64,000 nt of DNA, taken from contig JBAVWI010000020.1 of the NCBI GenBank assembly GCA_049697735.1, positions 7,174 to 71,173 on the forward strand, in the 5' to 3' direction. The position numbers and the translations under genes were made by a program. Below, piece after piece: positions 41,407 through 49,968 of this stretch. The notes beneath the pieces were generated by a model. That model saw nothing but the letters and a program-made list of their open reading frames with translations. It was not told the origin of the DNA and ran no database searches. This DNA comes from Solirubrobacteraceae bacterium. GTDB taxonomy: Bacteria > Actinomycetota > Thermoleophilia > Solirubrobacterales > Solirubrobacteraceae. The number at the start of each line of letters is the position of its first letter. Position 1 is the stretch's first letter.

Positions 41407-42539
41407 GGGCGCTGCTGGATCCACAGGCTGTCATCGCGCGCTTTGGAGCGGACCTGTCCGGAACGATCCGGCGGGAGCGACGCACGGCGATGAAGTCTCC
41501 GCTGTTCGATCTTCCCGGACGCTCCTCGCTCGGGTTCGCGGTCACCTATGCGGTGGCTCCCGAGTTCATCGAGCGCCTCGAGACCGAGCTGACCGGGGCC
41601 GAGGCCGGCGCCCTGATGCGAGAGCCGCTGTCGCGTCCTTACTTCCTGCAACTTTTCATTCTCGTCGAGGGATACCTAGCCGGCCGCGAGCAGATCCTGC
41701 TTGACACCGGCGGAGCGTTTCGGACCCCGGCGGAGGCCGGTAGTGATCGGGAACGGACCGCGCGTGTGGTCTCGTGGTTCGCCGAGGCTTGCGAGGCCTA
41801 TCGCCAGGATGGGGAGCTGTTCCCCGGTGACGATGTACTTGGCCAGCCGGTGCTCTCCGAGCCGCAGCTCCAGAGTCTGCTTGAGGCGTCGGCGGTCGCG
41901 GCCTCGGACGCCGAGCGCGTGCGCAAGGCATTCGGACAATTGGAGCTGTATGCCATCACGCTGCACGGGGAGCAGCGCGACGGCATCTTTGACCACGGTC
42001 CCTACCGGGACAAGGTCCGCACCCTGGCCGTCCACGAGGTCAACGATCTCGACAACGACTATCTGCCATGGGCTGACGCGGAGACTCAGCTCGGCGTCGA
42101 TGCGGTCGGTGTTGTGCGGGCTTACCCCCCGGCGGTGGCGATGCGCTTTGACCTGTTCGGGACCATGAGTCCGGACCCGGTCACGGCCACCGGCCGGGAT
42201 CTCGCGCTGTGCAAACGCGACCGGGACGGTCTCGCGCCGCTAGACCTCAACGAGCTCGAAGCCCTGGCCGAGCGCGCGCAGCTGGCCACCACGATCCTGT
42301 ATCGCCGGTTCGCGGGCTGGGATCCCGCCTACCGCATCCGGTACGGGGCCGGTCAATTCCTCAACCATCTCGTGCCCTTTGCCCGCCTGGCGAGTAGCCC
42401 CGGACTCGAGTCCTGGCTTACTGCAGCCGGCGACGCGGCCGCCGAGGCTGAGATGCCCCGGCTTCAGCCTGGACAGCCGCGATCGATCTGGTCTCATTTC
42501 GCCACCACCGATCGCATCTTTACGCCGGTGGCCGAGTGA
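41403..42539 (+). CDS. hypothetical protein, no recognised domain
   Basis: 378-aa ORF. ATGA overlap with the swivel-domain stop, and its own stop overlaps the next start (TGATG). Good coding bias by eye. Confidence 0.6.
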   Translation: MRALLDPQAVIARFGADLSGTIRRERRTAMKSPLFDLPGRSSLGFAVTYAVAPEFIERLETELTGAEAGALMREPLSRPYFLQLFILVEGYLAGREQILLDTGGAFRTPAEAGSDRERTARVVSWFAEACEAYRQDGELFPGDDVLGQPVLSEPQLQSLLEASAVAASDAERVRKAFGQLELYAITLHGEQRDGIFDHGPYRDKVRTLAVHEVNDLDNDYLPWADAETQLGVDAVGVVRAYPPAVAMRFDLFGTMSPDPVTATGRDLALCKRDRDGLAPLDLNELEALAERAQLATTILYRRFAGWDPAYRIRYGAGQFLNHLVPFARLASSPGLESWLTAAGDAAAEAEMPRLQPGQPRSIWSHFATTDRIFTPVAE

Positions 42540-44629
42540 TGTCAGCGGCCACGGTCGAGTCCACCGCGGGCCTGCGCGCGCTACTCGAGCCTGGCGGCGT
42601 GGTCGTCATCGGGGCGTCAAACCGCGAGAGTAACCTGGGACTGCGCTTTACCCGGGGGCTCCAGCGCCACGGCTATGCGGGACCGGTTTCGGTGGTCAAC
42701 CGGCGCGCCGAGCCCGTTGACGGCATCCCGGGATACGAGTCACTGGAGCAGGTGCCGGGTACCGTCGACTTGGCGGTGATCGCGGTGAACGCGGGTGCGG
42801 TCGCCGAGGCCATCGATGCCTGCGGGGCGCGCGGGATTCGCGCCGCGATCGTCTTCACCTCCGGGTTCGGGGAAGTCGGCGGCGAGGGGATGATTCGCCA
42901 ACGGGAGATCGCCGCCCGAGCCCGGGTGGCCGGGGTCCGTCTGATGGGGCCGAACTGTGTGGGTTTTGTCAACGTTCCCAAACGCGTGTGCGCGATCGCC
43001 TCGGGCTTTGCCTTTCGCTCCGAGCTGCTTGCCGGGAGCTTGTCGGTCATCACCCAGAGCGGGGGCGTGGCCGGCCTGATCGGCGAGCGGGCGCAGGACG
43101 TCGGCATCGGGCTGTCGCACGTCATCTCGACCGGTAATGAGGCCGACGTCACCGCCGGAGAGCTGGTCGACTACCTCGTGGCCGAGGGGTCCACCCGGTC
43201 GCTGGCCTTGTACCTCGAGGCCGTCCGTGAGCCCCAGCGGCTCGGCGAGGCGCTCGTCCGGGCTCGGACGGCGGGCATCGGGGTGGCCATCTTCAAGGCC
43301 GGGGCGGGTGAGCGCACGGCGGCTGCCGCGGCTGCGCATACCGGGTCGGTGGTCGGTGATGACGCCGGCTTCGAGGCCTTCTGCCGGCAGGTCGGGGCTG
43401 TGCGGGTGCACGACCTTGACCATCTCTTTCTGGTCGCGCCGGTGATCGCTGCCCTGGACACTGCTGGGTCTCGGGTTGGGGTGCTGTCGATCTCCGGCGG
43501 GGCCGCGGTGGCCGTCGCCGACGCCTGTGAGCGCTGCGGCTTGGAGCTGCCGCCACTCTCCGAGGTAACCCAAGCGGGCGTTGGCGAGATGGTGCCGGGT
43601 TTTGCCTCCCGGCAGAACCCGGTCGACATCAGCGGGACCTTTGTCGTCGACATGCCCCAGTTCCAGCGCTCGTTGGAGATCCTCACCGGTGCCCCTGAAT
43701 TCGATGCCGTCGTCCTCGTCCAGACCGTCCATCCCGAGTCATTGGCGAATCGAGTCGCCGAGGTCATCATCGGCGGGGCCGACCCGACTCGGACCTCGAT
43801 CATGTGGGCGGCCGGGAACCAGACGCGCGCCGCCCGGCGCCGACTGCGCGAGGCCGGCTTCGGCGTTAGCGAAAGCCCGACAGCGTGCGCCATGGCCGTA
43901 GCCGCCGCCACCACGTCGCGGCGGCTCGAACCACCCGCCCTTGCTTGGCCCGAGTCTGGTGGCGCTACACCCGGGTGCGCCTCCGAGGCCCTCGAGTTGC
44001 TGGCCGCCCATTCAGTCCCGGTGGCACCGATGGAAGTCGTGACCACTGCCGCTGAGGCGAGCGCAGCGGCCGAGCGGTTGGGCTTTCCCGTTGTCGCCAA
44101 GGCTGATTTGAGCTCACTGGCGCACAAGAGCGAGCACGGTGGGGTCAAGCTCGGATTACGAGACGGCCGCGCGGTGCAAGCCGCCTTCGCCGAGCTCGAC
44201 GCTCGAGGCCTGGCCGGGGACGGAGTGCTGGTTCAGAAGGCGGTTTTGGGTAGCCGGGAACTCCTGGTTACAGCGGTTGTCGATCCCGTGTTCGGCCTCG
44301 CCCTGGCAGTCGGCTTCGGTGGGGTCCTGACCGAGGCCATCGGCCGGGGTGCGCTGCTGCTCCCGCCGCTCACCCCCAGCGGTCTTGCCGCGGCGCTGGA
44401 CAGTGCCGGGCTGACTCGCCTCGTGGGGTCATTCCGAGGGGCGGCGGCGATCGATCTCGGCCAGTTGCTGGCCCTCGGCGGGGGGCTGCTCGAGGCAGCC
44501 GCCCAGCTTGGCGGCCTGCGCCATCTGGAGCTCAACCCGGTGATCGTGGGCGATGACGGAAGCGTGTGCGCGGTCGATGCGCTGATCGATACCAACGTCG
44601 AAATGAGGCCCGATGCTCCAAGCGGTTGA
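42539..44629 (+). CDS. ADP-forming acyl-CoA synthetase (fused CoA-binding / succinyl-CoA-synthetase-like / ATP-grasp; acetate--CoA ligase ADP-forming family)
   Basis: VVVIGASNRESNLG, VNRRAEPVDGIPGY, DLAVIAV, MGPNCVGFVN, AAAAHTGSVVGDD (phosphohistidine loop), plus a C-terminal ATP-grasp (GFPVVAKADL...GGVKLGL). Confidence 0.85.
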   Translation: MSAATVESTAGLRALLEPGGVVVIGASNRESNLGLRFTRGLQRHGYAGPVSVVNRRAEPVDGIPGYESLEQVPGTVDLAVIAVNAGAVAEAIDACGARGIRAAIVFTSGFGEVGGEGMIRQREIAARARVAGVRLMGPNCVGFVNVPKRVCAIASGFAFRSELLAGSLSVITQSGGVAGLIGERAQDVGIGLSHVISTGNEADVTAGELVDYLVAEGSTRSLALYLEAVREPQRLGEALVRARTAGIGVAIFKAGAGERTAAAAAAHTGSVVGDDAGFEAFCRQVGAVRVHDLDHLFLVAPVIAALDTAGSRVGVLSISGGAAVAVADACERCGLELPPLSEVTQAGVGEMVPGFASRQNPVDISGTFVVDMPQFQRSLEILTGAPEFDAVVLVQTVHPESLANRVAEVIIGGADPTRTSIMWAAGNQTRAARRRLREAGFGVSESPTACAMAVAAATTSRRLEPPALAWPESGGATPGCASEALELLAAHSVPVAPMEVVTTAAEASAAAERLGFPVVAKADLSSLAHKSEHGGVKLGLRDGRAVQAAFAELDARGLAGDGVLVQKAVLGSRELLVTAVVDPVFGLALAVGFGGVLTEAIGRGALLLPPLTPSGLAAALDSAGLTRLVGSFRGAAAIDLGQLLALGGGLLEAAAQLGGLRHLELNPVIVGDDGSVCAVDALIDTNVEMRPDAPSG

Positions 44630-45656
44630 CGATTACCCCTTTCATCAGAGTGCCCAGACGTTTGACACTCCGACGACAGACGATGTGCGGTGGTTTGACC
44701 GGTACTGGTTCATGACCGGGGACGTCGAGCAGCGGGTGTGTGTCATCACCGGCATCGGCACCTATCCCAACGCGCGCCGGATCGACGCTTACGCGATGGT
44801 TGGTGACGGCGAGCACCAGTGGAACTTGCGCGTAGGCCGCGAGCGCAGCCGGGACCCGCTTGATCTCAGTAGCCACGGGCTGCGCTTTGAGCTGGCCGAC
44901 GCGATGAGCAAATGGCGCCTGGACTGTGATGGCCTCGACGAGTTCGGCTTCAGCCTCGAGTTCGATCAGCGCTACCCGCCGAACAACCTGCCGGCCCTGT
45001 TCGTGGAGCGGGCTGGTCAGGTGATCATGGAGATGGGCCACTTTGCCCAGGGCGGTGGAATGCGTGGAGATCTCCGCCTCGGGGAGCGCAAGTTCCGCGT
45101 CGATGGCTGGCCATCGCAGCGAGATCACTCGTGGGGTCGCCGACCGCCGTCGGGCAAGGTCCGCAGCGGCATCCACGTCTGGCTGCCGGCCCAGGTCGGC
45201 GATCGAGAGATCTGGCTGTGGTTTCGCGAGAACGCGAGCGGCGAGCGCAAGGGCCTGGAGGGCCTCGTGCGCTCGCGCGACGGACACTCGTGGGTGATCG
45301 AGGACGTCGAGCATGACATCGAGGTCAAGGAAGAGGTCGCCCCACACCGGCAGCTGGTTCGAGCCCGGCTCGACCTACGTTTGAGCGACGGGCAGCGGCT
45401 TCATGTGGAGGTCGAGCCCCTAGTCCCGATCTTCATCGCCGGCGGTGGTTACGTGGACGGTGCCGAGGCTCAGGGAACCTTCGAGGGCCAGAAGGTGCAG
45501 CGCTGGTCTATCGCTGACAATGGACGCGCGGAGATCCCCAACACGATCATCGATCACTTCTCCCGGGTCACGGTTGACGGGGAGCCCGGTCAGGGCGTAT
45601 TCGAGCTCTCGCTGGGCCGATACGAGCCGCTCGGCCTGGGCGACCTGCCGGGGTAG
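44613..45656 (+). CDS. conserved hypothetical protein (paralogue of 58459-59496)
   Basis: 347 aa. Shares MxxxxDDYxFHQ and VDGWPSQRDHSWG with the other copy (IDGVPGHRDRSWG). Overlaps the upstream gene by 17 nt. Confidence 0.7.
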   Translation: MLQAVDDYPFHQSAQTFDTPTTDDVRWFDRYWFMTGDVEQRVCVITGIGTYPNARRIDAYAMVGDGEHQWNLRVGRERSRDPLDLSSHGLRFELADAMSKWRLDCDGLDEFGFSLEFDQRYPPNNLPALFVERAGQVIMEMGHFAQGGGMRGDLRLGERKFRVDGWPSQRDHSWGRRPPSGKVRSGIHVWLPAQVGDREIWLWFRENASGERKGLEGLVRSRDGHSWVIEDVEHDIEVKEEVAPHRQLVRARLDLRLSDGQRLHVEVEPLVPIFIAGGGYVDGAEAQGTFEGQKVQRWSIADNGRAEIPNTIIDHFSRVTVDGEPGQGVFELSLGRYEPLGLGDLPG

Positions 45657-45664
45657 TCAGGGCC

Positions 45665-46258
45665 ATGGCACCGACCCTGGAAGCGGAATTCCGCGTTCTG
45701 CACTCTCTTCGCATCAAGGGGGCAGCGTCCGCCGACGCGGTAGCGCGCTTGGCGGGCGACGCCGAGGTAACCGATGAGCTCGCCGTGCTGGAGCAGGAGG
45801 GGTGGGTCCTACGCCGCTCCACCACCTCGACTCTGGTCTTCGCCCTGACCGCGAGTGGACGTGAACGTCATGGCCAGCTATTGGCCGGCGAGGGCGATGA
45901 TTCAAGCCGGGCGGTTCTCGCTGCCGCCTATGACGGCGCCTTCCGGCCGCTGAACCGGACCTTCAAGGCCCTGTGCCTACGCTGGCAGCAGGCCGACGAG
46001 CACTTCGAACTCCTCGAAGAGGTCATCAGCACTCATGACCAGATCGATGCCTTCCTGGCCGACGCTGCTGAGCAGCGGCTGCGCTTCAGCGTCTACCGCG
46101 TGCGGCTGGACGCACTGGTCGAGCGGGTCCAGGACGGCGACACGGAAGCCTACGTGGCCCCGCTTGGTGAGTCCTACCACAACGCCTGGTTTGAGCTCCA
46201 TGAGGACCTGATCATCACCCTCGGACGCAGCCGGGCCGAAGAGGAGAACGCGGCGTGA
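45665..46258 (+). CDS. hypothetical protein with possible N-terminal winged-helix region
   Basis: 197 aa. LHSLRIKGAASADAVARLAGDAEVTDELAVLEQEGWVLRR...ALTASGRERHGQLL looks MarR/wHTH-like. The remainder is helical and unassigned. Confidence 0.5.
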   Translation: MAPTLEAEFRVLHSLRIKGAASADAVARLAGDAEVTDELAVLEQEGWVLRRSTTSTLVFALTASGRERHGQLLAGEGDDSSRAVLAAAYDGAFRPLNRTFKALCLRWQQADEHFELLEEVISTHDQIDAFLADAAEQRLRFSVYRVRLDALVERVQDGDTEAYVAPLGESYHNAWFELHEDLIITLGRSRAEEENAA

Positions 46259-46304
46259 ACGTGTGGTGACGACTCCCGCGCGAGGAACCTCTTGTGCTAA
46301 GCTA

Positions 46305-46320
46305 CCAAACGGTCGGTTGG
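46305..46320. promoter_or_regulatory. operator-like site, wide-spaced variant CCAAA-CGGTCG-GTTGG (site 3)
   Basis: In the 123-bp gap upstream of the VOC-FAD-CoAT-TetR operon. Embedded in CTACCAAACGGTCGGTTGGGTAAC. Confidence 0.45.
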
Positions 46321-46381
46321 GTAACGAAAGTACAGTCCACCTCCTGTTACCGGGTGTGCGGGGAAACGGAGCGCAAAAGAA

Positions 46382-46906
46382 ATGGCCATAACCAAGTTCG
46401 ATCACATCGCCCTCATCGTCGATGATCTCGATGCTTCGCTCATGCACTTTCGCCAGATCTTCGACTTCGAGGACAGCGAGATGATCTATGAGCGCGACTA
46501 CAACGACGTCAACCCCGAGACCGGGGCGAGTGACGTCATGCACACGGCGCTGTTCCCGGTCGGGGAGGTCTACTTCGAGCTCATCGAGCCGGTGAGCGAC
46601 GGTCCGATGAAGAAGTTCCTCGAGCGTACCGGCGGCGGTATCCACCACATCGGGATTACCAGTGATGACCTCCGCGAGGAGTGGAAACGGCACGCCAGCG
46701 CCGACGTGGGCGTGGTTGGTGACAAGCCGCGTGTCGATCAGTTCCATGTCTCCTACTGGTTCCTGCACCCGAAGAACAACCACCGCGTGCTGTTTGAGGT
46801 CGACGCCGCCTGGGCCAAGACCAGCGTCTCTGACATGACGCCGATCGAGCCGACCCCCGACTGGGATTCCGAGCTCGAGCTGACCAGCAGCAGCGCCGAG
46901 GGATGA
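46382..46906 (+). CDS. VOC family protein, methylmalonyl-CoA-epimerase-like
   Basis: 174 aa. FDHIALIVDDLDASLMHF...YFELIEPVSDGPMKKFLERTGGGIHHIGI. Confidence 0.75.
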   Translation: MAITKFDHIALIVDDLDASLMHFRQIFDFEDSEMIYERDYNDVNPETGASDVMHTALFPVGEVYFELIEPVSDGPMKKFLERTGGGIHHIGITSDDLREEWKRHASADVGVVGDKPRVDQFHVSYWFLHPKNNHRVLFEVDAAWAKTSVSDMTPIEPTPDWDSELELTSSSAEG

Positions 46907-48237
46907 CCGTCCTCGCCCACACTGACCACGATGCGGTGGTCGTCGGCGGGGGTGTCGGGGGTCTGGCGGCCGCTGCCGAGCTCGTGCTGGCCGGTCGGCG
47001 TCCGCTCCTTCTCGAGCAGTCAGATCGTCTCGGGGGTCGCTTCTCGACCATTGAGAAGGACGGCTACCGGCTGCCGACCGGGGCGGTGGCGATCGAGACT
47101 GCAGGTCCGTTTTATGAGATGTTCGGCCGGCTCGGAATCGACGCCGACCTTCGCGTGCCCGACCCGCCCGTGATGATCCATGTCCGGGGCCGCAACCTCC
47201 AGCCGGGCGCCGCGGTCTGGAAGCACATGATGAAGCGAGTGACCAAGGCGGCCGGCGCGGTCGCCGAGGGGCTTAGCAAGGCGCGCTCCGGGAGTGACGA
47301 GGGTTCCGAGACGCTCGAGCACTGGGTGCTTCAGTACACCAAGAGCAAGACTCTGCTGAGCCTGTTTCAGTCGCTGGCTGCCTCGATCTTCACGGTTAAC
47401 GCCGATGAGCTTCCGGCGAGTGCCTTCTTCCGACTGCTGCGTGAAACCGGGGGCTACAAGAGCTTCGGTTACGCGCCGCGAGGAAATCGAGAACTCGCCG
47501 ACGCCATCGGGGAGGCGATTGTCGAGCGTGGTGGCGAGGTCCGTCTGTCCACGTGTGTCGAGGCGGTGAGGATGGCCGAGGGACAAGCCGACGCGGTCTT
47601 GGCTCGGGGTCCCGGCGGTCAGGCGGAGTGGCTCCCGACCCGTGCCGTGATCTCCAACGCCGGGCCCCGGGCGACGGCCCGGCTCTTTGCCGAGACGCCG
47701 GCGGCCGATGACTTCGCGCGCCGGGTCAGCGACGTCGCCCCGAGCTCGATGCTGGCCCTGGCCTTCTCGACTCAGGAGCCGGTGGTCGAGCCGCCCGGGA
47801 TCTGGGCCTTCACCGACACGCAGCGGATGTGCAACCTGGCCAATCTCACCGCTACGTGTCCCGAGCTGGCCCCCGAGGGCCGCAGTCTCTACGAGGCCTA
47901 CTCGGTGCCCCGGCCTTCGGTCGGCGGCAACTTCGACGTCGAGCAGGAGCGCAAATTGCTCGAGCAGGATCTGCTCAAGTTCGTGCCCGGGTTTGCCGGA
48001 GCCGAAACCGTTCTCTTCAAGGTCATGCGCGGGGATGTGCCCGCCCAGCAGTGTCGTCCTGGGTATGACCCGGACATCGTTACCCCAGTGGGAAACGTGC
48101 TCGACGTCGGCGATGGGGTCAAGCCCTATGGTTGGATCGGAACCACGGCCTGCGCGGAGACCGCTCGCCGCGCCGTAGAGCAGCTCCTATCTGGGGCTCT
48201 GGCCAGTCCGTCTGGCGTTGAGCGGGTCGTAGCATGA
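46903..48237 (+). CDS. FAD/NAD(P)-dependent oxidoreductase (phytoene-desaturase/amine-oxidase fold)
   Basis: DAVVVGGGVGGLAAAAELVLAGRRPLLLEQSDRLGGR dinucleotide-binding motif. 444 aa. Confidence 0.8.
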   Translation: MTVLAHTDHDAVVVGGGVGGLAAAAELVLAGRRPLLLEQSDRLGGRFSTIEKDGYRLPTGAVAIETAGPFYEMFGRLGIDADLRVPDPPVMIHVRGRNLQPGAAVWKHMMKRVTKAAGAVAEGLSKARSGSDEGSETLEHWVLQYTKSKTLLSLFQSLAASIFTVNADELPASAFFRLLRETGGYKSFGYAPRGNRELADAIGEAIVERGGEVRLSTCVEAVRMAEGQADAVLARGPGGQAEWLPTRAVISNAGPRATARLFAETPAADDFARRVSDVAPSSMLALAFSTQEPVVEPPGIWAFTDTQRMCNLANLTATCPELAPEGRSLYEAYSVPRPSVGGNFDVEQERKLLEQDLLKFVPGFAGAETVLFKVMRGDVPAQQCRPGYDPDIVTPVGNVLDVGDGVKPYGWIGTTACAETARRAVEQLLSGALASPSGVERVVA

Positions 48238-49175
48238 GTGGCCGTCGGACCGTCCTGACCACGGCCGCCGCGGCTGTTGAGCAGATCCCACCAGGCGCGA
48301 CGATTGGCTTCGGCGGTCTCATGAACACGTGTCATTCGATGCCCGTGGTCCGGGAGATCATCCGCCGCGGGGTCGGCGACCTGCACGTGGTTGGGATTGC
48401 CTCGGGACTCGAGGTGGACATGCTGATCGCCGCGGGGCTCGTCCGGCGGGTCTCAACCCCAACCGTGTCCGCGGAGACCGTGCAGGCGATCGCGCCCGCG
48501 TTTCGCCGCGCCGCGGAGGCGGGCGAAATCGTCGTTTGGGACTGTGACGAGGGAATGATCTACGCCGCGCTTCAGGCCGCGGCGCAGCGCGTCTCGTTCG
48601 CGCCGTGGCCGGTGGGAATGGGCTCGTCCTATCCCGAGGTCAACGACGGCATGGAGATCATCGAGTCGCCCTATACCGGTAAGCCGGTGGTCGCCATCAA
48701 GGCGATCCCCATCGACTTCGGATTCGTGCACGCCGCCTGCTCGGATCCCTACGGGAACGTACAGGTGATCGGCGGAGGGTTCGGGGACCGGGCCGTGGCT
48801 CGCGCCTCGCGCGAGGTGTTCTGCACCGTGGATCGAATCATCCCCAACCACGAGGTGAGGCGAAATCCGTTGGCCACCTCACTCCCCGGCATGGATGCAG
48901 TCGTCCATGCGCCATTCGGATCGCATCCGTTCGCATCTCCCGGTCACTACGTCAACGACGTGCCGTTCATGCGCGAATACCTGGCGGCGGCCGACCGCTG
49001 GCTGCGTGCCGATGACCGCGGTCCGCTCGACGCCTGGTTCGACGCGTGGGTGCGCGCAGTCCCGACGCACTGGGATTACCTCGATAAGCTCGGGCCCGAA
49101 CGTCTGTGGTCGCTCGAGGAGGGCTTGCACTACGACGATCTGGCTATCCCCGCGCTCGAGGAGACGATTGCATGA
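48234..49175 (+). CDS. CoA-transferase-like subunit A (glutaconate-CoA-transferase/IpdA-like), pair 1
   Basis: IPPGATIGFGGLMNTCHSMPVVREIIRRGVGDLHVVG...DCDEGMIYAALQAAA...DFGFVHAACSDPYGNVQV. Confidence 0.8.
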   Translation: MSGRRTVLTTAAAAVEQIPPGATIGFGGLMNTCHSMPVVREIIRRGVGDLHVVGIASGLEVDMLIAAGLVRRVSTPTVSAETVQAIAPAFRRAAEAGEIVVWDCDEGMIYAALQAAAQRVSFAPWPVGMGSSYPEVNDGMEIIESPYTGKPVVAIKAIPIDFGFVHAACSDPYGNVQVIGGGFGDRAVARASREVFCTVDRIIPNHEVRRNPLATSLPGMDAVVHAPFGSHPFASPGHYVNDVPFMREYLAAADRWLRADDRGPLDAWFDAWVRAVPTHWDYLDKLGPERLWSLEEGLHYDDLAIPALEETIA

Positions 49176-49966
49176 GCGAGGATTCCTACTACGTCGACGA
49201 GCTCCGCGCTTGTCTGCTCTCCCGTGAATTTGAGGATGGCGAGCGCGTCTTCCTCGGAGCCAACGTCAACATAGGCCGGGGAGCCCTCCTGCTCGCCCAT
49301 CTGCTCAGGGGTCCCAACATGCGCGTCATGCTCGGGCTGTCGTGGACGAACCTCAGCGACCACCGAGAGGTCGGGCTGCACCCGGACTCAACCGACTTTC
49401 GCGACGCCCGCTGGGCCGAGGCTTACGTAAGCCTGGACACCATGATCAACAGCTACCGCTTCTTCTCGACGACCTTCGTGATCAGCGCGCTGCAGGTCGA
49501 CGGCTTTGGCAACTCCAATCTGATCGGCCTGGGCGACGACCACCGCCGGCCGCGGCTGCGAGGTCCGGGGGCGATCGGGTCGGTCAGCTCGACGGCCTAC
49601 TGTGACCGGTTCTACATCACGCCTCCGCGCCACACCCAGGACATCTTCGTGCAGCGGTGCGACTTCGTCTCCTCGGTCGGCTGGGGTTCCGGCGGTGCCG
49701 ACGCCCGCGACAAGCTGGGCCTCCCCGGCGGCGGACCCAAGCTCTGCGTCACCCCGATCTGCGTGATGGATTTCGAGGAGGAGACCAAGGCCATGCGCTT
49801 GCGTTCGGTGCATCCGGGGCATTCCGTCGAGGAGGTGGTCGACAATACGGGCTTCGAGTTGATAATCCCCGATGAGGTGCCGGATACTGTGCCCCCCCAA
49901 CCGGATGAGCTCCAACTGTTACGCAACGTGATTGATCTCCAGGGCCTACTGCGCCAGGCTGCCTGA
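49172..49966 (+). CDS. CoA-transferase-like subunit B (IpdB-like), pair 1
   Basis: 264 aa from ATG 49172 (ATGA overlap). VDELRACLLSREFEDGERVFLGANV...ISALQVDGFGNSNLIGLG...VTPICVMDFEE...LRSVHPG. No SENG motif seen. Confidence 0.78.
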   Translation: MSEDSYYVDELRACLLSREFEDGERVFLGANVNIGRGALLLAHLLRGPNMRVMLGLSWTNLSDHREVGLHPDSTDFRDARWAEAYVSLDTMINSYRFFSTTFVISALQVDGFGNSNLIGLGDDHRRPRLRGPGAIGSVSSTAYCDRFYITPPRHTQDIFVQRCDFVSSVGWGSGGADARDKLGLPGGGPKLCVTPICVMDFEEETKAMRLRSVHPGHSVEEVVDNTGFELIIPDEVPDTVPPQPDELQLLRNVIDLQGLLRQAA

Positions 49967-49968
49967 CC

